DNA from: Campylobacteraceae bacterium
GTDB lineage: Bacteria > Campylobacterota > Campylobacteria > Campylobacterales > JALSKU01
Reading direction: 5' to 3'
Assembly (NCBI GenBank): GCA_026993075.1
Contig: JALWUQ010000039.1
Span: forward strand, 521-51,226
Length of the DNA: 50,706 nucleotides
Shown: piece by piece, positions 41,852-50,700 of the stretch
How positions within the stretch are numbered: position 1 is the stretch's first letter
Layout of the letters: each line of letters starts with the position of its first letter
Notes under the pieces: generated by a model
What the model was told of the DNA's origin: nothing
What the model saw: only the letters and a program-made list of their open reading frames with translations
Database searches by the model: none
Made by a program: the position numbers and the translations under genes

Positions 41852-43325
41852 GGTTTATGAAGCAGGAGCAAAAGCAAAAGCAAAAGCGATTGAACATGAA
41901 GCAGAAATCATACTTAGAAATGCAACTTTGCAAGCAAAAGATTTGGAGTTGGAAGCGAAAAATAAATTTGAAGAGCAAAACATAAACTTAAAAAAAGAGT
42001 ATGAGCTTAAAATGGTTCAACTTGAGAAAAAAGATGAAACTCTAAATGAATTATTTAAAGATGAATTGAAAAATATAACTAAAGAAAAAGATGAAATCAA
42101 AAATATCAAAAAAGAGGTAGAGCAAAAAGTATTAGAAGTTAAAGATCTCAAACAAGAGTATAAAGCAAAAATTGCGGAAGCATTATCGGTTCTTGAGCAA
42201 TCAGCCGGTCTAACTGAAAAAGAAGCAAAAAATATTGTACTTAAAAAAGTTGAGGAGAAATCTCGTGATGAAATAGCTCATATAGTTAGAAAATATGAAG
42301 AGCAGGCTAAGCAAGAAGGAAAGAAAAAAGCCAATTTTATTTTAGCTCAAGCTACTACGAGATTTGCCGGTGATTTTGCTGCAGAAAGGCTTATCAATGT
42401 GGTCAATCTTCCAAATGATGACTTAAAAGGAAGGATTATTGGTAAAGAGGGAAGAAATATAAAAACTCTTGAAATGCTTTTAGGAGTCGATGTTATCATA
42501 GATGATACACCTCAAGCCATCATATTAAGTAGTTTCAATCTTTACAGAAGAGCAATAGCTACTAAAGTTATAGAATTATTGGTTGAAGACGGTAGGATTC
42601 AGCCAGCAAGAATAGAAGATATTTACAAAAAAGTTAAAGCTGAATTTGAACAAAATTTATTGGAAGAGGGGCAAGATATTGTTATAGATATGGGACTCAA
42701 TAAAATACATCCGGAAATAGTGAAACTTATAGGGAGATTAAAATTTCGTGCAAGTTATGGACAAAATGCACTTGGACATTCTCTTGAAGTTGCACATTTA
42801 GCCGGTATTATCGCAGCAGAACTTGGAGGAGATGAAAAACTTGCTAAAAGAGCAGGGCTGCTCCATGATATCGGTAAAGCATTAACTCACGATTTTGCGG
42901 GCAGCCATGTGGATTTAGGCGGGGATTTGTGCAAAAGATATAAAGAGCATTCTGTTGTGATAAATGCCATATATGCCCACCACGGACATGAAGAACCAAA
43001 AAGTATAGAAGCAGCAGCGGTTTGCGCAGCAGATACTTTAAGTGCGGCAAGACCTGGAGCTCGAAGAGAAGTGCTTGAGAGCTTCTTAAAAAGAGTTCAA
43101 GAGATAGAAGAGATAGCAACTTCTAAAAACGGTATAAAACAAGCCTATGCTATAAATGCCGGAAGAGAAGTGAGAGTTATTGCCAATGCAAAACTTGTAA
43201 ATGACGATGAAGCTGTCTTGATATCTAAAGAGATAGCAAAAGAGATAGAAGAAAAAGTACAATATCCTGGTGAAATAAAAGTAAATGTTATAAGAGAGTT
43301 AAGAGCTGTTGGGTATGCAAGGTAA
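41757..43325 (+). CDS. rny: ribonuclease Y
   Basis: TM and coiled coil; KGRIIGKEGRNI (KH domain); HSLEVA..LHDIGK (HD domain). Confidence 0.97.
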   Translation: MLIEISIAAASVLIGGVVGALIQKQLETSKFEVYEAGAKAKAKAIEHEAEIILRNATLQAKDLELEAKNKFEEQNINLKKEYELKMVQLEKKDETLNELFKDELKNITKEKDEIKNIKKEVEQKVLEVKDLKQEYKAKIAEALSVLEQSAGLTEKEAKNIVLKKVEEKSRDEIAHIVRKYEEQAKQEGKKKANFILAQATTRFAGDFAAERLINVVNLPNDDLKGRIIGKEGRNIKTLEMLLGVDVIIDDTPQAIILSSFNLYRRAIATKVIELLVEDGRIQPARIEDIYKKVKAEFEQNLLEEGQDIVIDMGLNKIHPEIVKLIGRLKFRASYGQNALGHSLEVAHLAGIIAAELGGDEKLAKRAGLLHDIGKALTHDFAGSHVDLGGDLCKRYKEHSVVINAIYAHHGHEEPKSIEAAAVCAADTLSAARPGARREVLESFLKRVQEIEEIATSKNGIKQAYAINAGREVRVIANAKLVNDDEAVLISKEIAKEIEEKVQYPGEIKVNVIRELRAVGYAR

Positions 43326-43332
43326 ATTAAAA

Positions 43333-43629
43333 CTATTTACCTATTACCTTACCTATTTGTTTGATTTGTTTATCGCTTAGTCTAGAAGCAAATCCTTTCA
43401 TTATAGAATTTGATTTTGATTTTTTAAAGCTTTCTAATGCTTTTATAATCTCTTTTTTGCTCATATTTCTTACTATCTTAGACCTGCCCAATGCTCTTTT
43501 TTCAAAATTTTTTCCATGGCAATTCTTGCAAACGGAAATGATTGAGGAAAAAGAGGGTGCACAAAGCACAACTAAAGTAAAAGAAATTTTAGATATTGAC
43601 TCTATGAAAAAGACTCTACTAACAGCCAC
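43333..43629 (-). CDS. monoheme cytochrome c (c553-like)
   Basis: CKNCHG, FEKRALG, distal Met in IMKG. Probable GTG start at 43629 with GGAG 8 nt upstream, overlapping the previous gene. Confidence 0.8.
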   Translation of the reverse strand: MAVSRVFFIESISKISFTLVVLCAPSFSSIISVCKNCHGKNFEKRALGRSKIVRNMSKKEIIKALESFKKSKSNSIMKGFASRLSDKQIKQIGKVIGK

Positions 43630-43909
43630 CTGATGGCTCCATTCCAACAAGATAATCACTAATACTTAAAATTTTTCCTTTTTTTGTGATAATGACTTTA
43701 TCTTTTCCGGTATCTGTTTTTACAATGACTTGGTATTTTTTTGATTTAATTTTCTTTATAGACAAAATTTTTATTTTCGCTTGGCCATACTGTTTTATAA
43801 TACTTGATTTTATAACAGGAGGTACTTGAATATTATCTTTTGCCAACAAAGCACTTGAGCTAATCAGTAAAGTAGTTAAAATAAAAATATTTATAAATCT
43901 TTTAAACAC
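43619..43909 (-). CDS. secreted PepSY-like small protein ending ...PSGGC
   Basis: GAGGAG RBS, GTG start, signal peptide; paralog of 43931-44206. Confidence 0.8.
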   Translation of the reverse strand: MFKRFINIFILTTLLISSSALLAKDNIQVPPVIKSSIIKQYGQAKIKILSIKKIKSKKYQVIVKTDTGKDKVIITKKGKILSISDYLVGMEPSGGC

Positions 43910-43930
43910 AATAAACTCCTCAAAATTTTA

Positions 43931-44206
43931 TCAACACCCGTTTCCAACATTATCGCTAAAGGAAAGATCGTTAACAATGCTGTAGATTTTTCCTTTTTTA
44001 TCTATTGTTACCTTATCATGCTCTTGGTTAAATTTTATTTTTACAAGATATTTTCCGGTTTTTAATTTTTTAATTGAAATAAAAGAGATTTTTTTATTTT
44101 TATACTGTTTCATAATACTTGATTTTATGATTTTAGGGATAGATAACTCTTTAGCAAAGACAGAATTTAAACTCATCAAAAAAAGTATTATAAAAATCTT
44201 TTTCAT
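43931..44206 (-). CDS. secreted PepSY-like small protein ending ...VGNGC
   Basis: MKKIFIILF signal peptide (start 44206 or 44221); shares IKSSI.KQY / SIKK / DKV.I.KKGKI.SI with its neighbour. Confidence 0.8.
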   Translation of the reverse strand: MKKIFIILFLMSLNSVFAKELSIPKIIKSSIMKQYKNKKISFISIKKLKTGKYLVKIKFNQEHDKVTIDKKGKIYSIVNDLSFSDNVGNGC

Positions 44207-44242
44207 AAAATCTTTTAACATAGTAAATCTTTCTATTATAGT

Positions 44243-44283
44243 GTGCCTACTAAAAGAAAAGAAGGATAACTTTTAGCAGGCAC
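44243..44283 (-). terminator. 14-bp stem-loop after the molybdoenzyme gene
   Basis: Minus strand GTGCCTGCTAAAAG / CTTTTAGTAGGCAC (one G-U pair); no U-tract; followed by TATAAT (44235-40). Confidence 0.55.
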
Positions 44284-44291
44284 TGAAAAAT

Positions 44292-47200
44292 CTAAGCTTT
44301 AACTAACCCTACAAATGAATCATAGAAAACTGCTGAACCGCCTACTAAATCCTCAAGTGTAGAATTTTTTAAAGCCGTATCAACTTTCATTGACGCATTC
44401 GGACATAGTCCGCTTTCTCTTGCTTTCTCACCTTTTATGACTTTACCATCGATCATAACATCTCTAGCGCCATAAGCCCAGTGGCCAAAACTCCAGGAAA
44501 CATTTATAACTCCAGGTCTTAGTCCCTCAACAACTTCAACTTTTCCTATCATAGGTTTAGTTTTACCATTTCCCAAATCCCAATTTCCGCTTGGATTATC
44601 AGCAGAAACAATTTTTGCTTTATCTCCATTTTTAAAGCCCATACTAAGTGCTGTTTGGCTATTTAGCACAATAGTATTTTCAGGCATTACAGCTTGTAAC
44701 CAATAATCAACAGCTTGAGTTCTTGATTGACCACCTGTTATTGGTTTATAAGTTATAAGACGAAGTGGATAAGCAGAACTTCCAGTAACCGGTTTTCCAC
44801 CATAATCAACCGCAGGATGATACTTACTTATTCCACTAAATTTCTTACCTGTAAAAGAGTGTCTAGTAGTTCCAACCGGCTCACTATAGAAGTTAAACTG
44901 TTTTCCAAATTTATGTAAAATATAAACACTATTTTCTACATTTTTAGTATAATTTGAATAATCTTCACCTCTAACACCACGATTTAGCAAATAGACTACC
45001 TTTTTAAACCAATTCTTACCATTTGCATCTATACAGGCTTTTTCCCATTTTGCTATATCAAATGTAGCTGGAGTCATATGTCTTCTTGCTTTTTTAAATA
45101 TAGCCATCTCTTTATCATCAGCTTCAGGCAAATCATCACCTTTGTGATCTCCTGCAGCCATATTTGCAGCCATTTTGAGAAACCAATCTTCCACTCTTTT
45201 AAGTGGTTTTCCACCTTCAAAAACATTATCCCCATATCCTGGAAGCTTTAACTTTTCAGCAAATGCCAATAACATTGATTCATATCCTGCATGCTGTTTC
45301 TCACCAAATATTTGAACAGTCTCAGTTAAAGGCTCAATTGTAGGTTGTCTCATTTTTGACATTTTTGTAACTGCCACTACTGTAGTGTGTGGTGTCCCCC
45401 ATCTTTCCCAGATTGCATAATCAGGAAAAATATAATCAGCATACATGCTGCTTTCACCAATGGTTACATCATTTGCAACATAAAGAGGAGTCTTATTTAA
45501 ATCAAGTATTGTCTCCATTGACATATGTGCTGCCGGATTTGATAATAAAGGAGTACCCATAACAGTCATTAAAATCTTGATTCCGTATGGATAGGCATCA
45601 TCAAGAGAAGGGATTGCCTCTTGATAAACATTTCCTGTGTGAGGAAACCAAGGTCTTTTAGCAGGATAGCCATTTTTTTGAAAATCTGTACTATTTTCAT
45701 AGTATGAGCCTTCTCTGGTTATTTTATGACCAAATGATTTGGTTTTTCCGGGAAATGCATCTTTTTTAAGATTAAATGGACCACCTTTGCTTCCATCTTC
45801 GTGATAGTGACCGCCACCAGACATTAACCCACCATTATAATCAATGTTTCCAACTAACATATTTAAATATATTACAGCCATACCGTTATAATATCCGTTT
45901 GTATGCTGGACAACACCTCTGTACATCTCAGCACCGACTTGTCTTCCATATTTTTCATATTTAGTGTATTCTCTAACTAATTCAATAATCTCTTTATCGC
46001 TTACTCCTGCTTCCTTTGCCCACTCTTGTATGGATTTACTCATAGCATACTCTTTAACCATCTGTAGTTCAGATTTAACTTTTATGCCATTTAACTCACC
46101 TGAGAAAAAGAGGTCTCCAACAACAGGATTTAGTTTATCATTAGTATTGAATGCTATAGGTTTGCCATTTTTAGTAGTTACAAACTCATCACTGCTTCCC
46201 ATTCCAAGATCGCTTGCTCTTAGTTTTTTACCTGGACCATCTTTATCAAATTTTATCAAGTGTGTTGCACTTGTCCAGCTAAGTTCTTTATTTTTATGAG
46301 CAGCTGCCACATTTGAATTTTCCAAGAAAGATTTTCTTATCTTATTGTTTTCAAACATCCATCTTATCATGCCATAGATAAGAGCAGCGTCGCCACCTGG
46401 ACGAACCGGAACCCATTTCCAGGCTTTAGCAGCTGTTTTGGAAAATCTTGGATCTACGACAGCTATCTTGTATCCATCTTTTATAATGGCATTTGTCATA
46501 AGATTTGCCATTACAGGAGGTCCAAAATTTGCCTCAACTGCACCTGTTCCAAAATATATTACAAATCTTGAATTTCTAAAATCAGGTTTTAACTGTTCAC
46601 TAGCAGGTTTCCATTTTCCGCCACCAAGATACTGGCTTGTAACTTGCTTGTATGCTATATGGTGAGACTGTTCGCAAACTGTTGTGTGTTCCATAAAATT
46701 TATACTACCATAAGCAGCTTGTTGCCATCTTTTTGCGAACTCTTTTCTTCCGTGCTCCATTCTTCCAGCAAGCATCAAGCACTGGTTATTTTTTGGACCA
46801 TGATCTGGTTGGTCTGGATTTATCAAATAATGTAAATTGTCTTTATGTTTTGCTTTGAAAGCGCTAAGACTCATTTTGCCTTTTCCTACATTCATGGCAT
46901 CTCCTGCCATCTCTTTTGCTATTTTAGGATCTTTTAAAGCTCTTACTTGTCTAAGTCCTTCTACAACTCTGTTTTCCTCACCTGGGACATTGGCAAAAAG
47001 TTTACCACCTTCGACTACTTCTGTGACAGCTTGATCAAATGGTATAACTTTCCATTTATTTTCACCTCTTTTACCGTCTCTTTTTAAAACTTTTACTACT
47101 CTGTAGGGATCATACATGGTTTGGATTCCAGCTTGTCCTTTAGGACAGATTCCGGCATCTATCTTGGCTCCGACTTGAACATCAGTTGATGTTGGAATCG

Positions 47201-47483
47201 GGGAATTTAAGTTTTGAATTGAGTAAGGATTGCCATCAATCTTAACTGCAACTCCATCTTCAATCTTAACTTTGATAGGACAATCTGTATGACACTGAAG
47301 ACAAACAGAATAAATAACATTTTCGGCATCATTTAAAGGATAGTCTATATGACTTCTTCCAAAACCAGAAGTTTTTACCGTTTCAATGGCATTCAAACAT
47401 GCAACAGACCCACCCAGTAAAGCAGAAGTCTTTAAAAAAGCTCTTCTGTTCATTGTTTTATTTTCTATATTTTTACTTTTCAT
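44292..47483 (-). CDS. Mo/W-bisPGD oxidoreductase catalytic subunit, TtrA/SrdA-like clade
   Basis: Tat signal NRRAFLK; CLQCHTDC...CPKG Fe-S motif; GNPYS; HTTVCEQSHH putative Cys metal ligand; 1063 aa; BCA gene order. Confidence 0.88.
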   Translation of the reverse strand: MKSKNIENKTMNRRAFLKTSALLGGSVACLNAIETVKTSGFGRSHIDYPLNDAENVIYSVCLQCHTDCPIKVKIEDGVAVKIDGNPYSIQNLNSPIPTSTDVQVGAKIDAGICPKGQAGIQTMYDPYRVVKVLKRDGKRGENKWKVIPFDQAVTEVVEGGKLFANVPGEENRVVEGLRQVRALKDPKIAKEMAGDAMNVGKGKMSLSAFKAKHKDNLHYLINPDQPDHGPKNNQCLMLAGRMEHGRKEFAKRWQQAAYGSINFMEHTTVCEQSHHIAYKQVTSQYLGGGKWKPASEQLKPDFRNSRFVIYFGTGAVEANFGPPVMANLMTNAIIKDGYKIAVVDPRFSKTAAKAWKWVPVRPGGDAALIYGMIRWMFENNKIRKSFLENSNVAAAHKNKELSWTSATHLIKFDKDGPGKKLRASDLGMGSSDEFVTTKNGKPIAFNTNDKLNPVVGDLFFSGELNGIKVKSELQMVKEYAMSKSIQEWAKEAGVSDKEIIELVREYTKYEKYGRQVGAEMYRGVVQHTNGYYNGMAVIYLNMLVGNIDYNGGLMSGGGHYHEDGSKGGPFNLKKDAFPGKTKSFGHKITREGSYYENSTDFQKNGYPAKRPWFPHTGNVYQEAIPSLDDAYPYGIKILMTVMGTPLLSNPAAHMSMETILDLNKTPLYVANDVTIGESSMYADYIFPDYAIWERWGTPHTTVVAVTKMSKMRQPTIEPLTETVQIFGEKQHAGYESMLLAFAEKLKLPGYGDNVFEGGKPLKRVEDWFLKMAANMAAGDHKGDDLPEADDKEMAIFKKARRHMTPATFDIAKWEKACIDANGKNWFKKVVYLLNRGVRGEDYSNYTKNVENSVYILHKFGKQFNFYSEPVGTTRHSFTGKKFSGISKYHPAVDYGGKPVTGSSAYPLRLITYKPITGGQSRTQAVDYWLQAVMPENTIVLNSQTALSMGFKNGDKAKIVSADNPSGNWDLGNGKTKPMIGKVEVVEGLRPGVINVSWSFGHWAYGARDVMIDGKVIKGEKARESGLCPNASMKVDTALKNSTLEDLVGGSAVFYDSFVGLVKA

Positions 47484-48652
47484 TTTTCCTCTCCTGCTGT
47501 TTGATATATTGGTAAAATTGCTTTACCTATCATAAATACTAACATGACAACAGCTACGATAAATGACACTACTTGCCATTCCATAATTGATGGTAGATAA
47601 CTAAATGTTAGTCTGCTGTTTACCCAAGCACCAGCGATACCTTTTATTTCCGGATCAAGCATACCAGGAATTACAATATTTAATCTTACTGCTAAGAAAC
47701 TACCTGCTATGAGTAGTCCAGCAAGTGCAATAGCACCTGGTGATTTTGATTTGAATATTAGTAAAATTCCTGGAATTACTACACCGATTAATAAATGAAC
47801 TATCCAAAATGTATACCAATAATGTCCAAATAAAATTTGTGACCAAATGTGTCCTTCTCCAAATTGAGAATAGAAAGTACCCATATATACTTCTGATAAT
47901 TCTAAAATTTCATCTAAAATCAAAAGTGCTAAAGTTGTTTTTCCCAAAAATATCATCATTTTTGTAAAATCATCTTTTGAAAGTTTCGGCCTCCAAATAT
48001 ATGCAACTGTACAAAAAAGTGCACCGCCACTTAAGAATGCTCCAGCTAAAAATACAACCGGCAACATTGGTCCATGCCAATAAGGTTTTGATATCAGATT
48101 TGAGAAGACACCACCGACACCTCCGTGAAATGCAAATGCCAAAGGAATACTCCAAATACCAAATGCTATAAGAATATTTTTAATAGTTTTTCGTTTTTCT
48201 CCTGTAACTTGTTCGTGTCTAATGGCAAAATATAATTCTATACAAAGAGTTACAAAGTATGCACTGTATAAAACAGCCATCCAACCCATCATTGAGTGGA
48301 GATTTGGATCAAGTATAAGACTAAAAGCTCTTAATGGATGTCCGAGATCAACTCCAACTGAGATCATAGCACCGACTAAAGTTGCAATGGCTACTAATAA
48401 AGCCATTTTTCCAACGGTTTTAACAGCTTTTATATGGAAAACATAAGTCATAACAGATATCATTAATGCTCCTGCAGATAAACCTATAAGCCAAATATAA
48501 GATGCAATCCAAAGACCCCAAGGAAAGTATGAGCCATAGTTTGTATGAATATGACCATTTACCAATCTATCTATAAAACCTGGAATTCCCCATGCTCCAA
48601 AACCGATAATTAAAATCCAAGTGATTATATTTCCTATTTTATTTCTTGTCAT
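47480..48652 (-). CDS. NrfD/PsrC family membrane anchor (TtrC position)
   Basis: PWGLWIASYIWLIGLSAG, DLGHPLR, SMM, RLNIVIPG; polytopic. Confidence 0.92.
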   Translation of the reverse strand: MTRNKIGNIITWILIIGFGAWGIPGFIDRLVNGHIHTNYGSYFPWGLWIASYIWLIGLSAGALMISVMTYVFHIKAVKTVGKMALLVAIATLVGAMISVGVDLGHPLRAFSLILDPNLHSMMGWMAVLYSAYFVTLCIELYFAIRHEQVTGEKRKTIKNILIAFGIWSIPLAFAFHGGVGGVFSNLISKPYWHGPMLPVVFLAGAFLSGGALFCTVAYIWRPKLSKDDFTKMMIFLGKTTLALLILDEILELSEVYMGTFYSQFGEGHIWSQILFGHYWYTFWIVHLLIGVVIPGILLIFKSKSPGAIALAGLLIAGSFLAVRLNIVIPGMLDPEIKGIAGAWVNSRLTFSYLPSIMEWQVVSFIVAVVMLVFMIGKAILPIYQTAGEEK

Positions 48653-48661
48653 TTCATCCTC

Positions 48662-49618
48662 CTACTTAATATAATACACACTTGGGTGTGTACCTTCTTC
48701 TTCTTTGAGTCTAAAAGCATTAGGTAGAGCGATTAATTCTGCCACTAAACTTTCAGGATCACTGCCATCTCCAAAATATGTAGCTCTTCCTATGCAAGTT
48801 ACAACACATTCAGGAAGCATTCCTTTATCAATTCTTGGGATACAAAAGTGACATTTTCTGGCATTACCTATAGGAGATTTATCTTTTTCTCTTTTCCAGT
48901 CTTTTGCATACTCAAATGAAGCTTCGTTTTCATATTTAATAGCTTTGGCTTTACCCAATAATGACTCTGGTGCATCAGCAGCATCATCAATATATTCCAA
49001 ACCAAAGTCAAATGTTCTCGCATTATAAGGACATGCGTTTATACAATATCTACAACCGATACATTGATCATAATCAATTACCACGATGCCATCTGGTCTT
49101 TTCCATGTAGCAACAGCTGGGCAAACAGGAACACAAGGAGGTTCATCACACTGCATACAAGGTCGAGGCAAAGTTACATGTCCTACATTTGGATATGTTC
49201 CCACTTCTCCTTGTATTACGGGTCTGTATATGACTCCTGGTGGCAGTTTGTTTTCAGCCGCACAAGAGACAGAACATGCATCACAGCCGACACATTTTCT
49301 CAAATCTATAACCATATTCCATTTTCTTTGTTCAATTGGTTTTTTGAGTGCTCTTTGCATATCTCTCATCATTCTGAGAATTGCATCTTCACCAGGTTGT
49401 TGTGGCGGTAATTTAAACGGTTCAAATGGTAAAGCAACATTTAGATTACTTCCATCTTCTTTTGCTTTGGCTGAAGTAGGAGCTAAAGCACTAATAACTC
49501 CCGTTGCAACCAATCCACCAAATACGCCTTTGCTAAACTTTTCCAGAAATTCTCTTCTGGAACTATCTGTTTCTAAAGTCAACTCTTCGCTAACTTTTGA
49601 AAGCTCTTCTTTGCTCAT
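48662..49618 (-). CDS. 4x[4Fe-4S] electron-transfer subunit (TtrB/NrfC-like)
   Basis: Tat signal SRREFLE; [46 protein letters not shown]. Confidence 0.93.
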   Translation of the reverse strand: MSKEELSKVSEELTLETDSSRREFLEKFSKGVFGGLVATGVISALAPTSAKAKEDGSNLNVALPFEPFKLPPQQPGEDAILRMMRDMQRALKKPIEQRKWNMVIDLRKCVGCDACSVSCAAENKLPPGVIYRPVIQGEVGTYPNVGHVTLPRPCMQCDEPPCVPVCPAVATWKRPDGIVVIDYDQCIGCRYCINACPYNARTFDFGLEYIDDAADAPESLLGKAKAIKYENEASFEYAKDWKREKDKSPIGNARKCHFCIPRIDKGMLPECVVTCIGRATYFGDGSDPESLVAELIALPNAFRLKEEEGTHPSVYYIK

Positions 49619-49690
49619 GGCAACTCCTTTAAAGCAGATTTCAAAATAACAGTATATAATTGAAGTTCAATTATAACTGACCTATATGGC

Positions 49691-49705
49691 GCAATAACTG
49701 TTCCA
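49691..49705 (-). promoter_or_regulatory. sigma-54 (-24/-12) promoter of the BCA operon
   Basis: Minus strand TGGAACAGTTATTGC = GG-N10-GC with the TGGAAC...TTGC form typical of Campylobacterota RpoN promoters. Confidence 0.8.
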
Positions 49706-49760
49706 TATTTTATAGAATGCCTGTATTTAGGCTTTTTAAATTTTTTTAAAGGATTTTAAA

Positions 49761-50627
49761 ATGAATTTTGGACAAAAATTTTCCACAGGTGGTAAAATTT
49801 TTACCACTTTGATTATACTTTTTATGCTTTTTTCATCGGTTTACGCAAAAAAAATTACATTTGCTTTTACAGGTACCACTTTGAAAGAAGATTTAAAAAC
49901 TTATCTTTTGTGGCAAAGATATTTGGAAAAAAATTCTCATTTTGATATAGGGATAAAATTTGCTAGAACTTATGCAGAAGTTATATCAAGTATAAAAGAT
50001 GAAAAAACCGATATTGCTTATGTATGCAGTTCAACTTATATGATTCTAAGAGATAAAAAAAATGCAAGATTATTAGCAATTCCTATAATAAATGGTAAAG
50101 ATAAGTACTACTCTTATGTTATTGCTCTAAAAAAAAGTAAATATAAAAGCTTGCTTGATTTTAAAGGAAAAATATATGCTTTTACTGATCCAGGATCTAA
50201 TTCAGGAGCTATAGCCCCAACTTATTTTTTATTAAAAAAAGGATACAAGGTAAATACTTTTTTTAGAAACTTAGTTTATACTTATGACCATGGCGAATCT
50301 ATAAAAGCAGTAATAGACGGTTTTGTAGATGGGGCAAGTGTGGATAGTTTGGTTTATACACAGTATATAAAAAAACATCCAAGTGCTACAAAAAAGTTAA
50401 GAATTGTTCAAAAGTTGGGATCTTTTACCATTTCTCCTATAGTAATAAGATATAACATCAACAAAAAAGAGTTTAAAAAACTTCAAGATTTGTTTTTGAA
50501 TATGAATAAAACAAAAATAGGAAAAGAGATACTAAATCATTTAAATATTGAGAGGTTTGTAAAACCTTCCAATCAGGAATATACTAAAATTTATCAAATG
50601 CAAAAATATATAAAAGAGCATAAGTGA
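49761..50627 (+). CDS. PhnD-fold periplasmic oxyanion-binding sensor, AioX/ArxX/ArrX-like
   Basis: Signal peptide; RTYAE, DIAYVCSSTY (Cys), YYSYVI, FTDPGSNSG, TYDH..SIKAV..G.VDGASVDSLVY. Confidence 0.8.
   Translation: MNFGQKFSTGGKIFTTLIILFMLFSSVYAKKITFAFTGTTLKEDLKTYLLWQRYLEKNSHFDIGIKFARTYAEVISSIKDEKTDIAYVCSSTYMILRDKKNARLLAIPIINGKDKYYSYVIALKKSKYKSLLDFKGKIYAFTDPGSNSGAIAPTYFLLKKGYKVNTFFRNLVYTYDHGESIKAVIDGFVDGASVDSLVYTQYIKKHPSATKKLRIVQKLGSFTISPIVIRYNINKKEFKKLQDLFLNMNKTKIGKEILNHLNIERFVKPSNQEYTKIYQMQKYIKEHK
49768..49807. promoter_or_regulatory. tandem palindromes, putative enhancer (activator) sites
   Basis: Perfect 19-bp palindrome GTGGTAAAATTTTTACCAC (49789-49807) and degenerate TTGGACAAAAATTTTCCAC (49768-86), 21 bp apart. 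Confidence 0.55.
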
Positions 50628-50634
50628 AGTATTC

Positions 50635-50700
50635 ATTCTCGCCGATAGGTATAGCTTTAGTTCAAGGAATTTTCAAAGATTTTACATCTTTGAAAAGGAG
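50635..50700 (+). repeat. dispersed intergenic repeat, copy 3 (hairpin + SD of next gene beyond window)
   Basis: CTCGCCGATAGGTATAGCTTTAG...TTTTCAAAGAT-TTTAC-ATCTTTGAAAA-GGAG. Confidence 0.85.

Noticed and set aside
43928-43936. TGT-TGA-TAA at the end of the small protein, suggesting a C-terminal Cys-Sec
   Set aside because: No SECIS-like hairpin is visible downstream, and the paralog ends TGT-TAG-TAG, so tandem stops are the simpler reading.
44292-47483. Calling the catalytic subunit canonical ArrA, ArxA or AioA, or assigning the symbol ttrA
   Set aside because: Length, BCA order and absence of a Rieske subunit do not fit Arr/Arx/Aio; the substrate within the TtrA/SrdA clade cannot be read by eye.
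4726-49649. Long antisense ORFs in the track (e.g. 4726-5421, 8527-9459, 49086-49649)
   Set aside because: Shadows of well-supported genes on the opposite strand, with no motifs.
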